Positions 48,601 to 57,195 of a stretch of DNA of 64,000 nt are shown one piece after another. The notes under the pieces are model-generated. The model saw only the letters and a list, made by a program, of their open reading frames with translations, made no database searches and was not told the origin of the DNA. Position 1 is the stretch's first letter. Every line of letters begins with the position of its first letter. The stretch lies in the IMG/VR virus record IMGVR_UViG_3300026286_000004. The stretch is one strand, 5' to 3'. The position numbers were made by a program, and so were the translations under genes. Origin of the DNA: a virus. Lineage: Duplodnaviria; Heunggongvirae; Uroviricota; Caudoviricetes.

Positions 48601-50131
48601 TCTTCGGCGCCTTCAACCGCATCGTCTCGGACGACTCGGCACCGAGCGTCTCGAACTCGTAGACCGTCCACGTCCCGACGGACCGGACCTCGTACAGGTC
48701 CGGCGCCGGGTCGACCTTCAGGATCTCCCACCGGGCGCGCCACTGGTCTTCGGCGGCGAGCATCAGCACGATCGGGCGGACGCTCTCGTCCTTCAACGGC
48801 ATGTCGTCATCGACCGCACCGACGAACATCGACCCGCCGTCGCGGCGGTGGTCGACCACGGCCGGCATACCGGAGACCGCCATGAACCGGTCGCCGAACT
48901 TGTTCGACCCGCCGTCGGTGACCCGCTTGGCGACCTTTCCCGACCGGGCCGCCTCCCATCCGGGGCCGTCCGGCCAGTCCGCGGTGACTCGCCACAGCGC
49001 CTTCGTCGCACCGTCGGCGTGCATGCCTTCGACGCCGGTGACGACGGCCGGGGGCAGGCCGAGCGCGATGCATGTGCGCCGCATCAGGACGTCGATGACG
49101 ACCTGGACGATGTCCGCCGGGGTGCCCGGGTCGGTCAGATCCGGGGCGTTCCCGGACGGCGCGGTCACGATGGCGAACTTCTGCGGGTGGATCGTGCCGG
49201 GCAGCGGTTGCCCGCCGGCCTCGTTCGGTCGGGTCAGGACGGTCACCTCGACGCCGCCGCCGACGGTGGTCGCGACCTTGTCGGCCTTGTCGCGGACCTC
49301 CGCCGCGCCACCGACGCTGGTTGCGATGAAGTCGTCGATCTGCCAGTCGCCGACCATGACCGAGTCGATCAGCTGTGGCAACGGATCGAACTTCAGCGAC
49401 TCCCACCGCGGGCGCCACTCCCGCCGGGCCCGGACGACCGCGCGCCACCGGGCCAGCGCCTTGTTCGACCAGGCCGGGTACAGCCCGGCGAGGAAGCCGA
49501 GGAACGCAAGCCCGGAGACGATGACCATCGGCGGGCCGAACTCGAGGCCGGGGACGGCCTCTTCGATCTTCGGCGGCCCGTACTTCCCGGCCGCAGCGCC
49601 CGCCCCGGCGCCGGCCAGGCCGGACAGCAGTGCCAGCGGGCGGAACGGGAAGGTGTTCAGTCGCAGGCCGGGGGATCCGGACTTGCGGCGCATCGCGGCC
49701 GTCATCACGGCGACCACGATGAACATTGCTGGCGGGTTCGCCAGCGCGTACACCGGCTCCTTCACCGGCAACGCGATCGAGGTCCACGCAGCCGCGACCG
49801 CAGCGAACCACGACGCGCGCGGCGGCCACCCGGGCAGCCAGTCGAGCGTCGGGACGAGCAGGCGCCACCGCAGGCTGCGCCACATCTGGTACGACGCCTG
49901 CAGGTCTTCCTCCTTCTCGCCCGCGGGTTGCGCGCCGCGGCCCGGGACCTTCCGCCCGGTCATCAGCGGCGGCTTCTCCAGGATTGCCGAGATCACGAGC
50001 GCAGCGAGCAGGACCGGGACGCCCGGGTAGCCCTTCCACGCGGCCACGCCGATACCGATGATGCCGACGAAGAACGCGAACGGCGCCAGCGACGCCGACC
50101 CGGCCTGCTGCTGGCTGCGAGTGGCAGGCAT
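45680..50131 (-). CDS. FtsK/SpoIIIE-family DNA translocase-like giant membrane protein (TraB/TcpA-like), with a duplicated internal domain and an acidic Trp-rich C-terminal tail
   Basis: N-terminal TM helices. Two repeats of about 250 aa carry the TIHP(Q/R)KFAI(V/I)..PSG..PD motif. Walker A GSGKSVAMTNLL and Walker B LVVFIDEF. The tail holds six (D/E)(D/E)xW(D/N)F motifs and ends DEWSF. Start ATG 50131 overlaps the upstream TAA. Confidence 0.75.
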   Translation of the reverse strand: MPATRSQQQAGSASLAPFAFFVGIIGIGVAAWKGYPGVPVLLAALVISAILEKPPLMTGRKVPGRGAQPAGEKEEDLQASYQMWRSLRWRLLVPTLDWLPGWPPRASWFAAVAAAWTSIALPVKEPVYALANPPAMFIVVAVMTAAMRRKSGSPGLRLNTFPFRPLALLSGLAGAGAGAAAGKYGPPKIEEAVPGLEFGPPMVIVSGLAFLGFLAGLYPAWSNKALARWRAVVRARREWRPRWESLKFDPLPQLIDSVMVGDWQIDDFIATSVGGAAEVRDKADKVATTVGGGVEVTVLTRPNEAGGQPLPGTIHPQKFAIVTAPSGNAPDLTDPGTPADIVQVVIDVLMRRTCIALGLPPAVVTGVEGMHADGATKALWRVTADWPDGPGWEAARSGKVAKRVTDGGSNKFGDRFMAVSGMPAVVDHRRDGGSMFVGAVDDDMPLKDESVRPIVLMLAAEDQWRARWEILKVDPAPDLYEVRSVGTWTVYEFETLGAESSETMRLKAPKIAPTVGAGVDMTLIPRPNDVDGVEVTGTIHPRKFAIVISPSGDIPDIGDPATSPEVLDTAVRTWVQQVCDALKVAPVMVTAVTAMHTDDSPVAMWQVNGAWPEGPGWTTARALGFAPMLGGGTRLDAAIDHRSPDGGHLFLGAATDDLKTIDPKFPDALGEIFEEDWWNGVWTEVLKQGVNPPTIAPRVSSEDTYQGKRIKHTVFQVRKGMDPMEHGNPKAETKLASTLNAAPFVSVTGWTPPSVGRKATRHATAFCVTWSSEPGLPTAPEKVVSASRPTPAYQWLLASHVNHAFDAARLARPEVVAVRALTPEPSGNRRFAEPSVWEITLRLYGGVTLADVRGAADRMRQALATPWLRVDAAADGCIIYAGARPSSVEIVSVKDRDKVVALDWDQAWLKSKLDIPGALTPVLAKVEPVETNPQVTVLTFDLPQGASIPGIVKILPTLRTSTGNDFIELDRERTTAARLVLQVSERDPMPSRVELIMDGIPDGSLSIPLAVNVAGVPDNWNMKESPHLGVIGGSGSGKSVAMTNLLTGVLLAGHDAIVVDPVKGAADFKYATSFALATADTWQNGAAAMRWAYQEVLRRKDLNKQHGTESIDKLPDEVRPRRLVVFIDEFTSLIEKSSVPKTPMDDPDLEEERQLLLLENSFKDTIGSLAGKITREARSAGVSLVLGGQKLRQDDLAKIGGLGSLKTNLARLLVGATTSGDRMSALRRAEEAPIFPGAIPPGRGIYEPSTGMPHTVQVAFTDTAVMGAKIAQEREPVVPVDLSPFIQVRKDRGPAVEDIDLDEAWDLEDEIELDLGDLENAVEIELDLDDFADEASEAAEALDGQPVTDQPGLEQEAASEPASPVSEPETDDAWDVFGASEPVETETDDDDDLWSIDAPDARPDNKSEPADDGWDFGEDPVEQVVKDVVNDVDLADADDEGWDFVSEPVERPAPKPANADDWNFGDVPDPVPVPAKTADEWSF

Positions 50132-50703
50132 TACGCCACCAGTGACCGGATGCGTTGCACGATGCGCGGGTCGGCCTGCTTCGTGACAGGGACTGCCCGC
50201 CGCACGACACGCTCGAGCGCTGCGCCGTGGACCAGCCTCGCGGACGGGAACGTCGCCGCCCACAGCGACACCTTCCCCTCCCGCCGGGACGGCCACACGA
50301 CGACGACCGGGACGGTCAGGTGCACGTCATACATGGACAGGTACGCCGTGAACGCCTCCTGCGCCATCTGCACGGACTTCTTGTCGCACGCCGCGAACGG
50401 CTGGAAACCGCGGCGGGTCTTCCCGCCGAACGTCCACAGGAAACCCGGCTTCCACGACTTGCTGTCGATGAGCATGACGCGGTTGCTGGCGATGACCACG
50501 TGGTCGATGTTGATCGACATGCCGGGGATCGGGACACTCACGTCATGCATGACCGTGATCTCGGTACTGCCGGCCATCTGGTTGAGTACGTACGCGGTCG
50601 CCGCCTCGCCGCGGGTGCCGGCGCTGACCGTGCCCGCGTTCGTGGCCCACCTGGTGTCACCGGAGAGCGAGGTCGCGGCCCGTCCGATGATCTGCCCGCT
50701 CAC
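50131..50703 (-). CDS. NERD-like (nuclease-related domain) protein
   Basis: NIDHVVIASNRVMLIDSKSWKPG matches the NERD core. GTG start. Confidence 0.5.
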   Translation of the reverse strand: MSGQIIGRAATSLSGDTRWATNAGTVSAGTRGEAATAYVLNQMAGSTEITVMHDVSVPIPGMSINIDHVVIASNRVMLIDSKSWKPGFLWTFGGKTRRGFQPFAACDKKSVQMAQEAFTAYLSMYDVHLTVPVVVVWPSRREGKVSLWAATFPSARLVHGAALERVVRRAVPVTKQADPRIVQRIRSLVA

Positions 50704-50873
50704 AGGAGCCCCTGGATGATCCGGACGATGAACATCACGGCGAGGGCCGCGAGGATCACCATGACCACGGTCGATCCCGGTCCGTTCAGCCAGTTCGTGA
50801 CGTCATCGTTCGACCGGCCGGTGCCACCTGCCGGCGCCCGGTTGCCGATGTCGGTGCTGTTGTCGTCCGCCAT
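50700..50873 (-). CDS. small membrane protein (57 aa)
   Basis: AAAAGGG RBS. C-terminal TM helix VVMVILAALAVMFIVRIIQGLL. Confidence 0.4.
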   Translation of the reverse strand: MADDNSTDIGNRAPAGGTGRSNDDVTNWLNGPGSTVVMVILAALAVMFIVRIIQGLL

Positions 50874-50899
50874 ACCCTTTTCAATGCGGCAGATCGGGC

Positions 50900-51250
50900 G
50901 TTACGGCGGCGAACTCCCGGGCGGCGGGAGGGCACCTTCGCTCGCGCGACCACGGGAGGGAGCCCGTGCCGCCCGGCGTTGACAGCCGGTCAGACCGGCG
51001 CAGGTGCCCCGTCGTCCGGTGGGTAGGATCAGCCGTCTTACCCGCCGCCCGGGGTCCTACCCGGCATGAGTGCGGGGGCAGACAATCCAGCCCTCCGGGG
51101 AGAGGCAGCCTTCGGTTCGGGACCGAGGCCACACCACCACAGAGAGCCTTCGACGTCGCCGATGCCGTTAACAGCCGGACAGGCCGGTGCAGGCTGCCCT
51201 TCGGGGCGAAAGGGGAAATCTCCTACTCCCCGGAGGGCCGGTCTTGTCTT
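50900..51250 (-). ncRNA. candidate structured non-coding RNA or long 5' leader, transcribed from a class-1 promoter with no ORF
   Basis: On the minus strand, GCGTAAC-N18-TCATT (51259-51288) is followed by about 350 nt of GC-rich self-complementary sequence with no start codon. A long-range helix gccctccgggga...tccccggagggc is visible. Confidence 0.25.
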
Positions 51251-51302
51251 GCACCCGTAATGACGCCGGTGGCCGGAGGTCGTTACGCGCTTTGGGAAAA
51301 GA

Positions 51303-51347
51303 AATCCCCGGCCCGCAATGAGTGAGTGAGGGTGCGGGCCGGGGATT
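51303..51347 (-). terminator. rho-independent terminator (14-bp perfect stem, 16-nt loop, T-run on the minus strand)
   Basis: aatccccggcccgc-aatgagtgagtgaggg-gcgggccggggatt, followed by TTTT on the minus strand. Directly downstream of the 51354 stop. Confidence 0.55.
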
Positions 51348-51353
51348 CCCGGT

Positions 51354-51908
51354 TCAGGACGGGATGTCGATCCCGTGGTCGGCCAAGAGGTTCTCGAGCA
51401 CCGTGACCCGTGCTTCGGCGTCGCGGTGCAATTCGCCCGGGGTCTGCCCTTCGGACCAGCACGCCGCGACGGCGATCCGGTCGCGCACGGTACCGTCCGG
51501 GCCGGTGACCGGGTGGAGCAGGACGGTGGCCTGTTCGACGTAGTTCGGCGCGTCCGGGAACGCTTCCAGTACGGTCAATGCCCACGCCGCGAGGTTCGTC
51601 AAAGCGTCTTCCGGGGTGATGACGGTCGTCTGCCCGTCCTGGAGGCCCGTGACGAACGACCCGGCCGTCGTGTCGCCGTCGGCGGTTAGATCCTGGTATT
51701 CGTCGCGGACCTCGACGAGCGCCCATTCCGCGTCGGAGCGCCCGTTCGGGTTCGGGACGCGCAGCACCAGGTGGTCCCGGGCGGCCGGGTCAGCCTGGTC
51801 GATGACCGCCTCGGGCCATACCGTCCCGATGGCCCGGATCAGTGTCGCGGACAGGACCAGCGGAAGCGGGTAGGCGACCTTGATCGTCAGCCAGCCAGTG
51901 GTGTCCAT
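51354..51908 (-). CDS. hypothetical protein (184 aa)
   Basis: GGGAAGG RBS before the M21 start of the ORF. Confidence 0.5.
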   Translation of the reverse strand: MDTTGWLTIKVAYPLPLVLSATLIRAIGTVWPEAVIDQADPAARDHLVLRVPNPNGRSDAEWALVEVRDEYQDLTADGDTTAGSFVTGLQDGQTTVITPEDALTNLAAWALTVLEAFPDAPNYVEQATVLLHPVTGPDGTVRDRIAVAACWSEGQTPGELHRDAEARVTVLENLLADHGIDIPS

Positions 51909-51939
51909 GGGCAGTACCTTCCCTTCTGGATACTGGCGG

Positions 51940-53103
51940 TCACGCGACCGCAAGGATGACCTTTCCAAGTTCGTCGCGCATCCGCTGCGGGATGGCCGCG
52001 TCCTGCGGCTTCATCGCGAGCAGCGAACGGACGGCGGGGACGACAACATCCTTGCGGCCAGCGGCGATAGCGGAGTCGCACACGTCGATGGCGGCGTTCC
52101 AGCGGTTCAGCGTTGGGTTGTGGCCCATCAGGGCGACGATGGCCTGGGTGAGGGCGAACAGGACGTCCGGTGTGTCGGTCGTCCACTTCACGAGCGACGG
52201 GTCCGCGAGGACCGCTTCGGGGTCGTACAGGCCGCGGGCCTTGAACCACTGGAAGAACATCTTGCCCTCGCCTTCTCCGACGCACCCGTTGATCACGAGC
52301 ATCAGGGTGGGGGCGTCGCCACGGCGGACGTAGCGCAGCATCTTCTGCAGGTTGTCCCATGACCGGGGCGACGGCCAGGCACCGGAGGACTTGTCCGCGT
52401 CGGCCGGGCAGCCGGGGTCGATTTTGGACGGGTTGTGTTGGAGATAGCCGACAACGGCTGACGCATTGGCGAGCTGCTCCGCCTCGGTCGGGTTGCCGGT
52501 CAACTGCTCCAATGACGGGACGATCTCGTTGGCGAACCCGGACAGGACACCGTTCAGCCACGCCTCGCGGTCGAACTGCCACTTGCAGTGCCAGAAGCGG
52601 TTCGCTGTCGCGGGAGCCAGTTCCTGGCCGTTCACGGCGGACTCGGGCGGGTTCATCGCCGCGACCATCGAGACCGTCTTGGGGAGCTGGAAGTCGCCCG
52701 CGCACCGTTCCTGGATCACGCGGAGCATCCCGGCCTGCGTGGACGGCGGGACGGTGGTCAACTCGTCGAAGAAGATGGTCGCCTTCGGGGCGGCCGCGGC
52801 CCGGATCGCGAACGCCGGGACGGTGTTGACCGTGGTCGGCTGCGCGACCACGTCGCCGTTCGGCATTGTCGTGACATCGGAGATCACGGGCAGGCCGGAA
52901 AAGTCGACCGCCTCCCGGATCGAGCCGATCATCGTTTCCAGGTGACGGCCCCACGCGGCCGACCACTTGGTCAGCTGGGCGGTCTTGCCGATGCCCGGGT
53001 CGCCGATGAAGGCGGCGGGCACGTCCGCGAGGACGGCTGCGGCATACGCGCGCAGCATTGGTGTTCCGGGCAGGTTTTTCAGGTTCTCACTCATGCCCCA
53101 CAT
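51940..53103 (-). CDS. MoxR-like AAA+ ATPase
   Basis: Walker A GDPGIGKT and Walker B IFFDELT. Minus-strand class-1 motif GCGTAACGACGTGCGATCACCGGCGTCATGTGGGGCATG. The alternative start is 53094. Confidence 0.7.
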   Translation of the reverse strand: MWGMSENLKNLPGTPMLRAYAAAVLADVPAAFIGDPGIGKTAQLTKWSAAWGRHLETMIGSIREAVDFSGLPVISDVTTMPNGDVVAQPTTVNTVPAFAIRAAAAPKATIFFDELTTVPPSTQAGMLRVIQERCAGDFQLPKTVSMVAAMNPPESAVNGQELAPATANRFWHCKWQFDREAWLNGVLSGFANEIVPSLEQLTGNPTEAEQLANASAVVGYLQHNPSKIDPGCPADADKSSGAWPSPRSWDNLQKMLRYVRRGDAPTLMLVINGCVGEGEGKMFFQWFKARGLYDPEAVLADPSLVKWTTDTPDVLFALTQAIVALMGHNPTLNRWNAAIDVCDSAIAAGRKDVVVPAVRSLLAMKPQDAAIPQRMRDELGKVILAVA

Positions 53104-53130
53104 GACGCCGGTGATCGCACGTCGTTACGC
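53092..53130 (-). promoter_or_regulatory. class-1 motif on the minus strand: GCGTAACGACGTGCGATCACCGGCGTCATGTGGGGCATG
   Basis: 26 of 30 positions identical to the 37203 copy. Contains the helicase TAA stop. Confidence 0.6.
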
Positions 53131-54390
53131 AATCGGCTGGGAAAGAATCCGCTGCCGCACGGCGACAGCGGCCCGTTCCGCGCCGATCTTCACGAGCTGG
53201 GCCACGGACGTACTGTCGTGAACCCACACCAGTCGGGCCTTGTGCCGGGAGAGCATCACGCAAGTACGGCCCAGCGAGATTTGGTGCGACCCGAGGTCGG
53301 GTGCGCCAGTGATCGGGTCGAGCGCGACCACGACCGCCCACTGCCCGCCCTGCAACTTGTCCGCCGTGCCGATCGAGATCCGGGAGCGGCCCCTGGCGCG
53401 CAGCATCGCGGTGATCTTCGTGACCTGGGTGGACCGTGAAACGACGATGGCGATATCGGATTCGACGACCGTCCGCTGCTGGCCGTCCTCGACCAGGGTG
53501 TCCCCGAGGTGGGAGACGGCGAGATCGACAACGGCGCGCATCATCGCGGAGTCGTCCACCCCGTCCGGTTCCGGGACGGTGAAGTGGGCAACTTCGGGCA
53601 GCCGCGCACCGCCACGGGCGACGTACTTGTCCGGGCGCGCCGAACCGAACGGGAAGTCGTACAGCGGAGCGATCACCTTCGCTGAAATCTCGCCGAGCCG
53701 CCACGTAGCGTCCATCGTGTGCACCTTGGGTGTCACCCCGTACAGGTGCTCGAACGCTTCCGGGGAGCGGCGGTGCGGAGCGATCCGCATCGCCTCCCAT
53801 GCGGACGTGTCGGCGGTGATCACCGGACCGATCTGGCCGGGATCGCCAACCAGGACGAGCTGCGGGGTGTTCGCGGCAGCGGTCGCGACCTCATCGAACG
53901 GCAGCTGGTACGCCTCGTCGATGAGCAGCACGTCGAACTGCGGTGCCGACCTATGTGCCGTCAGTGACGCGCACGTCATTACTGACACCTTCGTGCCCGG
54001 CACGCCTGGCATGGGCTTGGTCAGGTGCTTCAAACCATCCGGGACGTTGCTTCTGCCTTCGAGGCGGACCATGCCGTCGGGCAGGTCCAGCGCGAGCCGT
54101 TCGGCGACCGCGTTGCGCTGTTCCGTCGTGAATGTTGCGACGCCGACGCGCAGGTCTCCGAACCCGGCGAGCCACGCCGTGAGGATGCCGAGCAGGTGCG
54201 TCTTGCCGCCACCGGGCGGCGACTTCACGATCGTTACAGCCGCGCCGCCGTACACGTCGGCGACAACCGCCGCGGCAACCGAACCGGGCACCAGGGTCGG
54301 CGGAGCCCAACCGGCTTCCGGCTCATCCTGAACCGCTTCCGGCTTGACGTTCTGCTCGCCAATCAGCCCGGCCAGGTCATCGAGATTCAT
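53125..54390 (-). CDS. SF1 (RecD/AAA_30-like) helicase
   Basis: Walker A SPPGGGKT, Walker B LLIDEAYQL and LVGDPGQIGPV. Minus-strand class-1 motif at 54388-54426. Confidence 0.65.
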   Translation of the reverse strand: MNLDDLAGLIGEQNVKPEAVQDEPEAGWAPPTLVPGSVAAAVVADVYGGAAVTIVKSPPGGGKTHLLGILTAWLAGFGDLRVGVATFTTEQRNAVAERLALDLPDGMVRLEGRSNVPDGLKHLTKPMPGVPGTKVSVMTCASLTAHRSAPQFDVLLIDEAYQLPFDEVATAAANTPQLVLVGDPGQIGPVITADTSAWEAMRIAPHRRSPEAFEHLYGVTPKVHTMDATWRLGEISAKVIAPLYDFPFGSARPDKYVARGGARLPEVAHFTVPEPDGVDDSAMMRAVVDLAVSHLGDTLVEDGQQRTVVESDIAIVVSRSTQVTKITAMLRARGRSRISIGTADKLQGGQWAVVVALDPITGAPDLGSHQISLGRTCVMLSRHKARLVWVHDSTSVAQLVKIGAERAAVAVRQRILSQPIA

Positions 54391-54444
54391 GCCCTACATG
54401 AGTGCGGTCAGGCGGCGTCGGCACGCATTTCGCGGGACCGATTT

Positions 54445-55041
54445 CTATCGGCCGGCGACCTTCTCGGCCCGGTCCAGGTCGGCGGACTCCTGTGCCGTCC
54501 CGCCACCGTTGACGAGCAGGTAGATTTCCGCTTCGGCGGCAACCGTCGACACCCGGCTCGTGACGACCGGCACCAACGCCCGGTTGCCGAGCAGCCGCCG
54601 GCCACGCTCGCTCAGGCCGGACCGGGTCGCGTACGGGCCGTCGCCGGTGTCGATGGTCTTCTCGACCCACTCGGGTTCCAGCCAGGACGCCGGGATCGCA
54701 ATCTCATTGTCCTCGAACGCCATCCACGCGGTCAGCCGCTGCTTGCCGTCGATGACGGCGTACATGTCGATGCCGTCGTTGAGCGGGTTTGGGCCGTCGG
54801 ACCACTCGTGCGTGCGGTCGTTGATGACGATCGCCGGGATCGGGACGCCGCGCAGGACCGACTCGATCAGCCGGACCTGCTGCATCGTCGTCCAGACCTG
54901 GCCGCGCTGGTACGGCGCGTCCAGAGTCATGCCGTCCCCCCGCACCAGCCGGGACAGCTCCGACAGCATCCGGGAGGAGGCCGGCAAGGACTGGTGCCGG
55001 ATCGGCTCGGTCGTCTGCAGCGTGATCGTCATGTCGTCCAT
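54445..55041 (-). CDS. DUF262/ParB-sulfiredoxin-like domain protein (DGQQR-like IDGKQRL)
   Basis: YAVIDGKQRLTAW. Minus-strand class-1 motif GCGTGCCGACGCC..CCGGCCTCATGGACGACATGACG. Confidence 0.55.
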   Translation of the reverse strand: MDDMTITLQTTEPIRHQSLPASSRMLSELSRLVRGDGMTLDAPYQRGQVWTTMQQVRLIESVLRGVPIPAIVINDRTHEWSDGPNPLNDGIDMYAVIDGKQRLTAWMAFEDNEIAIPASWLEPEWVEKTIDTGDGPYATRSGLSERGRRLLGNRALVPVVTSRVSTVAAEAEIYLLVNGGGTAQESADLDRAEKVAGR

Positions 55042-55072
55042 GAGGCCGGTCCGCCGGCGTCGGCACGCGGCG

Positions 55073-55504
55073 TCAGAGAATCCACGCCTCCCAGTAGAAC
55101 TTGACGGTCTCCGTCGAGGCGAGGGCGTCGGCGACGTCGGCCCAGGACAGCCCGCCGATGCCGCACCCGATCTGCGGGATCGCGACCCGGGCAATGCCGT
55201 TCGCGCCGGCCCATTCCGCGGTCGCTCGGGCCGCGTCGAGCACGAGACCGATCCGGGCGTCCCGGCCGGGCCAGACCTGGGTTGCCATGTTGATGATCGC
55301 CGGGCCAGTCTCCGGCTGCCAGACGTATATGCCGCCGGGGTGCAGGGCGCGGGAGTGGCATGCGTCCCGGTAGGCGGTCACCATGTCGGGGTGGCGGGCG
55401 GCGAACTGCTTCGCGATCCCGGCACCCATGACGCCGGCAAGGTTGACTCCATGTCCGAGGGCGGGCGCGTCCGAGTCGAACAGGTTGCCGCGCTTGACGA
55501 TCAT
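55073..55504 (-). CDS. macro-domain protein (ADP-ribose binding or hydrolase)
   Basis: GNLFDSDA..GHGVNLAGVMGAGIAKQF. Confidence 0.7.
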   Translation of the reverse strand: MIVKRGNLFDSDAPALGHGVNLAGVMGAGIAKQFAARHPDMVTAYRDACHSRALHPGGIYVWQPETGPAIINMATQVWPGRDARIGLVLDAARATAEWAGANGIARVAIPQIGCGIGGLSWADVADALASTETVKFYWEAWIL

Positions 55505-56028
55505 GCGGGAAGCCTTTCCAGGAACGCGCGGGCCTTAGCGATGTGCTCGTCGGTCAGTCCGGTGAACTGGTCGACCTGGATGACCAGGTGCGCGCTGCCG
55601 TGCTCGGCGAACATCTCCCGGTCGTCCGTGGTCGGCTCGTCGTCGAACCAGACGAACGGGCGGTCGCCGGCGACCTCGAGGATCCCGCGGCCTTTCGTGT
55701 ACTCGCTCATCTTCCGGTACGCGACCGGCAGCCCGCCGGGCAGCCCGATCCGGTTCCCGATCAGGTCGGCCAGGTCGGTCCACGTCGTCGCCCACGCCAG
55801 GTCGGCCAGGTCGGTCAGCGACAGCAGCCGCTGACCGTCGGCCGGGTCCAGACGCATCGTCCACGTCCTGCCGATCCAGTCTTCCTGGTCGTAGACGATC
55901 AGGCCCTTCTGGCTGGCTTCCGTGACCGGGATCCGGTAGCGGTTCAGGACACCGTCGATGTCGATGAACACGAGTGGACGCCGCTCGTAGGCAGAGTCGT
56001 CCAGCGTCTGTGCGCGTGAGTCCTTCAT
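55501..56028 (-). CDS. HAD-superfamily phosphatase-like protein
   Basis: Motif I VFIDIDGVLN. Confidence 0.55.
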   Translation of the reverse strand: MKDSRAQTLDDSAYERRPLVFIDIDGVLNRYRIPVTEASQKGLIVYDQEDWIGRTWTMRLDPADGQRLLSLTDLADLAWATTWTDLADLIGNRIGLPGGLPVAYRKMSEYTKGRGILEVAGDRPFVWFDDEPTTDDREMFAEHGSAHLVIQVDQFTGLTDEHIAKARAFLERLPA

Positions 56029-56038
56029 TACCGTTCTC

Positions 56039-56761
56039 TCACAATCCGGTCGGGAGGTGGTCGCCGGGGTGGCCTTCGACGCGGGTACAGCGCGGGGAGT
56101 ACCGGTCGCCGCCGAACCCACACTTCTGCGGCCTGTTCCAGAGCAGGCTGAACCGTTTCGCCACCGCCACAGCGACGTGCGCGCCGACAACGTCAGCGGG
56201 CTGGGTGGCGTCGACGATGATGAACCGCGTCGGGTCGTCGGCGGCTTGGGCGAGGAAGCCTTCTCGGACCTTCCTGTGAAAGTCGATGATCTTCGACTCC
56301 ATCCGGTCCTTCTGGCCGCGCTGACCGACTCGTTCCAGGCCGACCGCCGGGTCCAGGTCGAGCAGGATCGTCAGGTCCGGGACCAGGCCGCCGGTCGCGG
56401 TCATCGACATGTTCCACACCACGTCCCGGGTCAGGTGCCCGTCGGCGGTCTGGTACGCGACCGAGCTGTCGATGTACCGGTCGCAGATCACGTCCACGCC
56501 GCTGCGCAGCGCCGGCCACAACACCTGGTCGGCGTGGTGTCCGCGGTCCGCGGCGAACAGCAGCGTTTCGACGACCGGGGACAGGTGCTCGCCGTGCAGG
56601 ACCATCTGCCGGATCTCGCGGCCCAGGCCGGTGCCGCCCGGTTCCCGGGTCACCAGCGGTGTCCGGCCGGCGAGCCGGAGAGATTCCTCGATGCTTTTGA
56701 TGGCGGTCGTCTTGCCGGCACCTTCGATGCCTTCGACGGTGATGAACTTTCCGGTCGTCAC
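56039..56761 (-). CDS. tmk: thymidylate kinase
   Basis: FITVEGIEGAGKTT and a LID region REPGGT. GTG start coupled by GTGA. The N-terminal extension of the 397-aa ORF is rejected. Confidence 0.75.
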   Translation of the reverse strand: MTTGKFITVEGIEGAGKTTAIKSIEESLRLAGRTPLVTREPGGTGLGREIRQMVLHGEHLSPVVETLLFAADRGHHADQVLWPALRSGVDVICDRYIDSSVAYQTADGHLTRDVVWNMSMTATGGLVPDLTILLDLDPAVGLERVGQRGQKDRMESKIIDFHRKVREGFLAQAADDPTRFIIVDATQPADVVGAHVAVAVAKRFSLLWNRPQKCGFGGDRYSPRCTRVEGHPGDHLPTGL

Positions 56762-57195
56762 AAGATCACCCCACGGTCGATCAGGAGCGCGATGGAGAAC
56801 TTCTCGATCAGGTACCGGACGGTGCACGGCGCCATCTGGTCGCATTCGTTGCAGATCCCGGACACCGGGTGGTCGCCATCCTCGCCGAGCAGTTCGTCCA
56901 GAGCCCGCGACACGGCCCGGCCCGAGAACACCAGCGAACGAGCTTGCGTGACAAGGTCTTTCCGGTCGCTGATCCGGTACGCGATCCCATCCGCCATGTC
57001 GTCGAGGGAGTACGTGAACGCCGCCATCTCCCGGCCTTGAAGCGCCGGGTTGATCGCGACCAGCGCGTCGGTCACCTTCTGCACGACGCGGATGTCCGGG
57101 TCGCTCGTCGGCGCCCCGTCGGCGGTGTGCGTGACGATCACCAGGTCGCCCTCGCGGACCGCCCCGGCTTTCACGATGCGGGTCAAGGTCTTCAT
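56758..57195 (-). CDS. hypothetical protein with a C-terminal Cys cluster (CNECDQMAPC); tandem paralog of 57192..57605
   Basis: Begins MKTLTRIVKAGAVREGDLV, compared with MKTIFEQLTLDSTLAEGDLV in the neighbour. Confidence 0.45.
   Translation of the reverse strand: MKTLTRIVKAGAVREGDLVIVTHTADGAPTSDPDIRVVQKVTDALVAINPALQGREMAAFTYSLDDMADGIAYRISDRKDLVTQARSLVFSGRAVSRALDELLGEDGDHPVSGICNECDQMAPCTVRYLIEKFSIALLIDRGVIL

Noticed and set aside
47223-50719. Plus-strand ORFs inside the FtsK-like gene (48344..50719 +, 48801..50030 +, 47051..48205 +) and 47223..48743 -
   Set aside because: Arg/Asp/Gly-rich junk. The minus-strand frame carries Walker A and B motifs and TM helices.
50900-51290. tmRNA, RNase P, SRP RNA or tRNA in the ORF-free structured region
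   Set aside because: The conserved cores of tmRNA, RNase P and SRP RNA are all absent, and there are no tRNA T-loop or acceptor features. It is kept only as an unclassified candidate RNA.
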